From NCBI GenBank assembly GCA_905178155.1, contig CAJINV010000004.1, positions 3,691,320-3,755,319 of the forward strand: a stretch of DNA of 64,000 nucleotides, read 5' to 3'. The first letter of the stretch is position 1; every line of letters begins with the position of its first letter. Shown here in pieces: positions 58,101 to 64,000 of the stretch. The translations under genes and the position numbers were made by a program. The stretch is from Amoebophrya sp. A120 (lineage: Eukaryota > Protista > Dinoflagellata). Under the pieces are notes generated by a model. The model was not told the DNA's origin. It saw nothing but the letters and a program-made list of their open reading frames with translations, and made no database searches.

Positions 58101-60840
58101 ACACGCGTACAACGTGAGGGACGACGATATCGACGACTTTCACAGCACGGAGGACGACGACCAGGAGGAGTTGCCGCGACCCACTTGGCGTTTCCGCGGT
58201 TCGCACGCGGCCGCTGCGGAGATCAAGAGGAAATCCGCGTCCTCTGGTACAAGTGGGAAAATAAACAATATTGTTCCTACCGCCATCAAAAAATCCTCCA
58301 AGTTCCAGCAGTTTTCCTCCTGGCTGCAGACGAAAATGCGGATGACGAGTACCATATCAAGTGCAAAAATGTCTGGGTCTGGAAACTTGTAATGCTGCGT
58401 TGGGAACAGTGAATGCTCTCTAATGCACCAACAAGCATGAGAAATATCTGCGCTTCTTCGTGTTGCGTTTTTCATTGCATGACAGGCAAAAGGGTCTTTT
58501 CTTGGACACGCATCACAAACTTTTTGGTCATGCCAGACAAGCATGACAAAACTCGCAATCTTCCAGACCCAGACATTTTTGCATTTGATATACCAGTCTC
58601 ATCTCTTCCGCCTACACGAACCACGCCAAGAGCAATGACCAACCCGGGAAAAAAATAATCTCCAATCGCGTTATCGCCCGCGACCTCGACGCCCCCGCGC
58701 CCTCCCGGCACGCGGCGTTCGCGCGGACTTATGTCGGGGTGGGCTTGGCGAAAACTTACCGGTATTTTGTCGGCACCTACCCGACGGCCACTCGCGTGTT
58801 CCACCTGTATTTAGCGATCATCTTCGCAACGCTGACCGCAATTACCGGGCTGCTGGTGAATCTGGTGTACATGCAGGGCTTTGTCATCGACAGTCATCGG
58901 CTGGTGTCCGCTACTGCGGTGCAGCGAGTTCTTGACCACAGTTCTTCTGGTGCGACTGGCGAAGATAAGGAAGAAGGAGCGGAAGACGGATTAGAAGTAG
59001 AGAAAATGAAGAAAAAAGTGGGGTTTGCAAATGCAAATGCAAGTACCACCACCTCGCCTGTTTTATCTCCAGCCGGGAAGAAAATCTCCGCACTTTTCAC
59101 GTGGTGGAACTCGTTCTTCCAAACCAGCTTGTTCACCAGGAAGGAGCTCTACGAAGAGGAGGAGCTCTCCAGCTCCTGTTCTGAAGATGACGACGAAGCT
59201 GCTACCTCTAGCGACACTGGCGGTGAAGAGGGGAGTGAACACGATATAATCGGCACGACTGTCAGTAGAAATCATCATGTAGAGCACTCCTATAAAAATC
59301 CCCGAAGAGGACGAGAACGATCTGGGGTGCAGGATCAACATGGCTCGCACGTACAGATTCTTGACGAGACCAGCCATTTGTACACGGCGATTCGCAAGTA
59401 TAATCCGAATGTGAACTACAAGGGAAGTAGTAGCGGCGGGGGCAAAAATTATTCTAACAAACTGCAAAAGAAGAATCACGCGGCCCAGAAGATGAACAGC
59501 AACTCCACGAACGACAAATTCCTCTACTACGACTCACTAAACGATTGTGGTGGCGATAATTACCGGATTTTCAGTCTGATGCCGCAAACGAAGGCAACGA
59601 CCGTGGAAGACGTGGTGAAAATGTCGGGAAGTAATACTAGAAGTTCGAGGATGAAAACCGATACCGAAGTTTCTGCAGGTCCTCGTGCTGACCTCCACGC
59701 TAGAAGTGTTTTACACGACGAGGAGGATGACGAGGAGGTGGAATTCGAGGCGCCACCAGTGGAGACAGCAAGTGTTTCGTCCCGGAATTACGGAACGAAC
59801 AAGAGAGGCAGGAACAACTCGAGCAGCAGTAGAGCTTCGTTTCAACAAAGGCTACAGGAGGCGAACCAAAGGAGGACCCAGGCGATGTATGAGAGCAGCG
59901 TGAAGGTATAGTTGGAGCAAGGAAATGTCGGAAATTCAAATTTTTCTTGAGGTCATGATTTTCAGCCACTGTTGTTGTACGAATTAATGTGAATTCTACC
60001 AAATAAAAGTAGAAACAGAAAGAAGTCTGAGTAAACCAAAAATCAGATGAGCCAGTGGGTGGTGCAGAAGCAAAACAGTCCGCAACGCCAAGCTGCGCCG
60101 CAATACCTTTCTCAACAGCAGTTATCCACAGCTTCAATCGGTGGCGGTACTACAACTTCTCGGAACAACTACTTGCGGTTTCCCAGCAGCACAGACGAAA
60201 GAGCTTCATCTACCTCCCTAATCCGTGACCAGTTACCCGAGGTGTCGTTGGATGTGTCAGCGAGACTCCGTGGCAGCACTACTTCTACCCCGGGCGTGCA
60301 ACAGATAATAAAACCGGTTCTTCCTCTCACGACGGATGACCTGAATATTAAAGACCACCCGGAGTATGAAAACCAAAACCACTTGTTGTATCGTCGACCA
60401 CATGAGAACATCAAAATCGTCGCTCCGTGGAACCGAACAACCGTAATGAACGTCGCTCCCTCGTTATGACAGTGCACAACTCCCCCTCCCCCTCATTTGT
60501 CATGCAAAATTCCAAATCCACCCTTTGTCTGTTAACACTGTTTGCATGACAGATTCCGGAATCCAAAACAGCACTACAGTCCTCCAGGAGTTTGTCATGC
60601 AAAAGCTGCATCTTTGCCAGCACTTGTGTTGCCGTTCATGCAAAACAAATGAGGGGGAGGGGGAGTTGTGCACTCGCATACTCGTCGTCGAAGGAGCTCA
60701 CGGCGTCGGAAGCCGAGGGGAGGTCTTCGAAGGAGCCCGCGTTGTCGGAAGCAAGTCAGGGATCGTCGTCCACGACGGTGATGCGAAGCAGCGAGGAACC
60801 TGCGAGCAGTTTCACGAGCGCGGCAGAAGATTTGGCGTAA
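55118..60840 (+). CDS. Large low-complexity protein with two TM segments (possibly two adjacent genes)
   Basis: ORFs 55118, 56648, 57458, 58057, 58739, 60047 and a last exon 60686-60840. In-frame joins were verified across three introners. Confidence 0.6.
56539..56812. mobile_element. Introner, TIR family H (AAAAACGTCCCCACCCCATA)
   Basis: TATC...GATA ends with 30-bp TIRs and direct repeat GTGGA. Removal gives DLHV-EEESVISC. Confidence 0.92.
58355..58590. mobile_element. Introner, family A
   Basis: TATC...GATA ends with direct repeat TACCA. Removal links ORF 58057 to ORF 58739 in frame. Confidence 0.92.
60465..60680. mobile_element. Introner, family D, in opposite orientation to 21057-21276
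   Basis: TATG...CATA ends with direct repeat CTCGT. Removal gives NVAPS-SSKELTASE. Confidence 0.92.
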
Positions 60841-61157
60841 GCTGTAGATACGAAAAATATGAACAATAAAACTAAAAGCAAATAACAAACTATAACTTCG
60901 TGTATCAGAGTATCCAAATGTCTACTACCTCAGAAGAAAATTATATAGTGTCGCAACCTGTAATTGTAAATCCAAGATGCTCGCATTTATTGTACCAGTG
61001 TTACTGTAAAATACTACGTAAACTTCAGAAATAAAGGCTACTACCTTTACTCACTGACAGATGAAAAATTATTTATCCAGTAGACATTGATTTGGCCTGT
61101 ATGTAATAAAATGAAATCTCTTCGCCATCGAGAAGTATCGCACGCACTTTTGTACGC

Positions 61158-61833
61158 CGGCGGAATGGTTCGGTCCGTGGTGAGGCCCGGGGGCACAATA
61201 GCTGTGTTCAACAAAAGCCCCGCACTGGTTATGTCCGTGCTGAGGCCCGCGGGCACAATAGCTGAAGTTCCCCCCCCTCCCAAACAAGATGGCAAACCAG
61301 CGGGCCACCCACAACACCCCCCCCCGCCCAACGAACCACCAATGCGGGCGGCCCGGAAGCCAGGCGCACCGCACGTGGGCGGCTCCCTGCCTGCCCGCGG
61401 CCAAAAGCGGGCGGAGTAGGCCAGCAAGGCAACCGGCCCTAAGCCCCAAAGGCTAGGGCAGGCCGCCTCTTTTCCCCAAAGCTGAAACCATCCAAACGGG
61501 CGTGACGGTGGGGCCTCCCCAAGCTTTCCCCTTCCCGGGAGTCAGGTAACTACGAAGGCGGAGGCCCATTCCGGACCTGTTAGGGCGGGAGTGGGGGCCC
61601 CCTTCGAGCTGCGGGCGGGCCGGGAGGCGGGGGCCCCCCTGTGGGGAGGATACCCAGCGGGCGGGAGGGCGGGAGCCGGGGACGGGGGCCCCCCTGTGGG
61701 GAGGATACCCAGCGGGCGAAAGGCCGGGAGGCGGGGGCCCCCTGTTTTCCCCGACGGTATGCTCGACGCAAAAATAGCAACCTTCAGCGTGCCGCCGTGT
61801 TAAAAAGTCTGGGCCTCAGCGCGTGCCGGTCTC
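61158..61833. mobile_element. GC-rich non-coding insertion flanked by an ~90-bp direct duplication
   Basis: Duplication 61065-61157 / 61834-61920. An uninterrupted paralogous site lies at about 62455-62548. Internal tandem repeats are present. Confidence 0.75.
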
Positions 61834-62095
61834 AAAATTATTTATCCAGGAGATTGATTTGGCCTGTAACAAAATGAAATCTCTTCGCCATCGAGAAATA
61901 TCGCACGCACTTTTGTATGCTTCATTTCTACACATAGCACGCAAGACAGACCAGCTCTGTCATGCCAGATAATCATAGAAGCCTCGGCTCATAAGTGTTT
62001 TCCCGTAGGATATCTGCATTACATCATGCAGAGAAATTTGTGTTGCTGAATTGACTACACATGTGTAACTGTAACACTTTTTTCGTTGGATATTC

Positions 62096-62548
62096 CTCGT
62101 CGTCGAAGGAGCTCACGGTGTCGGAAGCCGAGGGGAGGTCTTCGAAGGAGCCCGCTTTGTCGGAAGCAAGTCAGGGAACAGCATCCACGACGGTGATGCG
62201 AAGCAGCGAGGAACCAACGAGCAGCTTCACGAGCGCGGCAGAAGATTGGGCGTAAGCTGTAGTTTCGAAACATCAAAATTAATAATGAAAAAACAGAAAA
62301 AAACTTAAAGTAAGTACTTCGTTCTTGTATCTGTTGTACCAATCAGACTGTCAAAATGCCTACTTTAGAAGAAAATTCGTGGCCCACATTGTAAATCCAA
62401 GATGCTCGCATGTTAATGTAAAATACTACTTACGTAAAGTTTTAGGTTTCACAGAAAATAATCCAGCGGACACTATTTTGGCCTGTAACAAAATGAAATC
62501 TCTTCGCCAGCGAGAAGTATCGCACGCACTTTTGTACGCTTCACTTCT
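62096..62548 (+). repeat. Diverged duplicate of the last exon and 3' flank of the 55118-60840 gene
   Basis: SSSKELTVSEAEGRSSKEPALSEASQG...AAEDWA* matches 60681-60840. The downstream AT-rich flank is also homologous. Confidence 0.85.
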
Positions 62549-63224
62549 GGATGATAAAATTAAAAAAATAAATAACGCAACTACATGAGAAATTTAGATA
62601 TGTACGATATCGGCGAGAGAAAGCGACGCTGGCAACTGTTTGTAATTCGAAGTGTAAATGAAGTCGACTATAAACCGATCATCTCTTTCGGGATGATTAG
62701 CGTCTCTATTTCGCCTAGCTGGCAATGCGTTGTGTTGATTCTTTTGGTCCACACTTTTTTCATCTGTCTCATTCTGTTTTTTGGGTTTTTTTTCGCGAGA
62801 GATGATCATGATAGGATAAGCGGCAGCGTTCTTTTTTGTCTTGCTCTTTCTATGTCCCGCCTCAACGTGCCGTTTTTTTGTCTTGTCGTTTTTTTTTTTT
62901 CCGAGACGAGAACTCATTACATTTGCTTTTGCAGCTAAAACCATGCAGAAGAGAGGTGGGAATCATCGAACACAAGAAAAACAGAGAAAAACTCAAGAAT
63001 TATTGAAAAAGTCAATATTCTACAGAAAAAGTAAAAAAAAACAGAGAAAAGGAGAAAATAAAGAAAAGAAAATAGAAAAAAAGTAGGGCCCGGAGTTTTC
63101 TAATGATTCGCCACAAGCCGCACGCTGAAGCGCGACTTTTTCAATGAAAACTGCGAAAATCATAAGAAAAGTCAAAAAATCATAGAAAAAGTCAAACGCG
63201 AATCGATCCGCCTCACTTGCCAAG

Positions 63225-64000
63225 CTAACGCGTCGGCGTGTGCGCGCGCGCAGCGCGCGAAAATTTTTTTTTCAGCCAGCCGCTGGGGACCCGGCCCGAG
63301 AAAAAGTTTGCGCACCCCGAGACCGAGGCGCGCGCGCGCGCAGTTTTTTTTTCAGACACCCTTCCGACAGTTGAAACCAAAAAAACTTCCGCCCCCAGCG
63401 CCAAGGAAGAAAGGCTGGCGTCTGCAACACGCGGCGCGCGATCGGAATTTTTGTGGCCGGCCCGCCCCTGACTGCCGGACACAAAAAACTTTCCGCGCCA
63501 ATCCCCGACCCAGGCGCCTGCGCGCGCACAGCGCGCGGAAATTTTTTTTTTCCAGACCGCCCCCGATTGCCGGGCGCGCGCAGAACTTTCCATCCGCGCC
63601 CTGAGGCCGGCGCGCCCGCGCGCTCTTAGCTAGGCCGGGGCCGTAGGTGAATAAATATTTTTCCAGCAAGGCCCCGACCGGAGGGCGATAAAAAAAATTG
63701 CCAACACCCTCAGCCTAAGGCCTCTGCGGGCGCCACAAAAAGGCCTGCCTCGCGCACTTTATTCACGCGGCCACGATTGCCAAGCACGACGAAAAGTTGC
63801 AGCGAGCGGGCGTCCTTAGGCCAAGGCGTGCGAGCGCGCGCAGCGCGCGAAATTTTTTTTGCCCGAAAACCGATGGCCGGGCGCGTAAGTAACAAGACTT
63901 CCGCGCCCTCGGGCTAAGGTTTGCGCGGGCGCGCGCGGCGCGTGGCAAGGATTTTCTTCCGGCAAGCCCCCGACTTCTCGAGAAGGAAAAAGCGCTCCGC
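63225..64000. repeat. GC-rich repetitive region with CGCGCGCAGCGCGCGAAATTTTTTT units
   Basis: The motif recurs near 63243, 63330, 63520 and 63835. CG runs alternate with A/T tracts, and the region runs off the window end. Confidence 0.6.

Noticed and set aside
4411-58590. Recurring short peptides in the ORF track (KMSGSGR, LPDPDIFAFD, FQTQTFLHLI) suggesting a repeated protein domain
   Set aside because: They are translations of the family-A TIR in different frames and strands. The elements are too short and stop-ridden to encode a protein.
124-60477. Numerous minus-strand ORFs of 60-210 aa
   Set aside because: They are antisense shadows of GC-rich + strand exons or of introners, and none shows a recognisable motif.
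1-64000. rRNA, tRNA or an autonomous transposase/RT gene
   Set aside because: None could be recognised by eye. The enzyme that mobilises the introners does not appear to be encoded in this window.

Overview
Eukaryotic, intron-containing genomic DNA. About 18 protein-coding genes can be reconstructed, and all of them lie on the + strand. Recognisable products are an FMN-binding glutamate-synthase-family protein, a TCP11-like protein, two ankyrin proteins, a TM2-domain protein, PRPF31, a PhzF/PBLD-family epimerase and a METTL21-like methyltransferase. The gene organisation suggests an Amoebophrya-like syndinian dinoflagellate; this is an inference, not a database result. The dominant signal is an invasive intron (introner) system of 21 intact elements, 148-321 bp long, in at least 8 terminal-inverted-repeat (TIR) families. 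Every element begins TAT, ends ATA, is flanked by a 5-bp direct repeat and sits in coding sequence. In every case removing the element plus one repeat copy restores the reading frame, yet only 2 of 21 can be read as GT-AG. The families share one internal motif, GCATNACAAAT, and the same family occurs in both orientations, which points to symmetric recognition rather than normal spliceosomal recognition. Three larger GC-rich insertions are also present. The first is a 1.2-kb hairpin-rich element in PRPF31 with a 57-bp target duplication and three matches to the 3' end of the dinoflagellate spliced leader. The second is a 516-bp TIR element with a 9-bp target-site duplication (TSD), telomere-like repeats and a perfect 66-bp palindrome. 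The third is a 0.68-kb insert with an ~90-bp duplication. Exon boundaries were read by eye and need RNA-seq confirmation.
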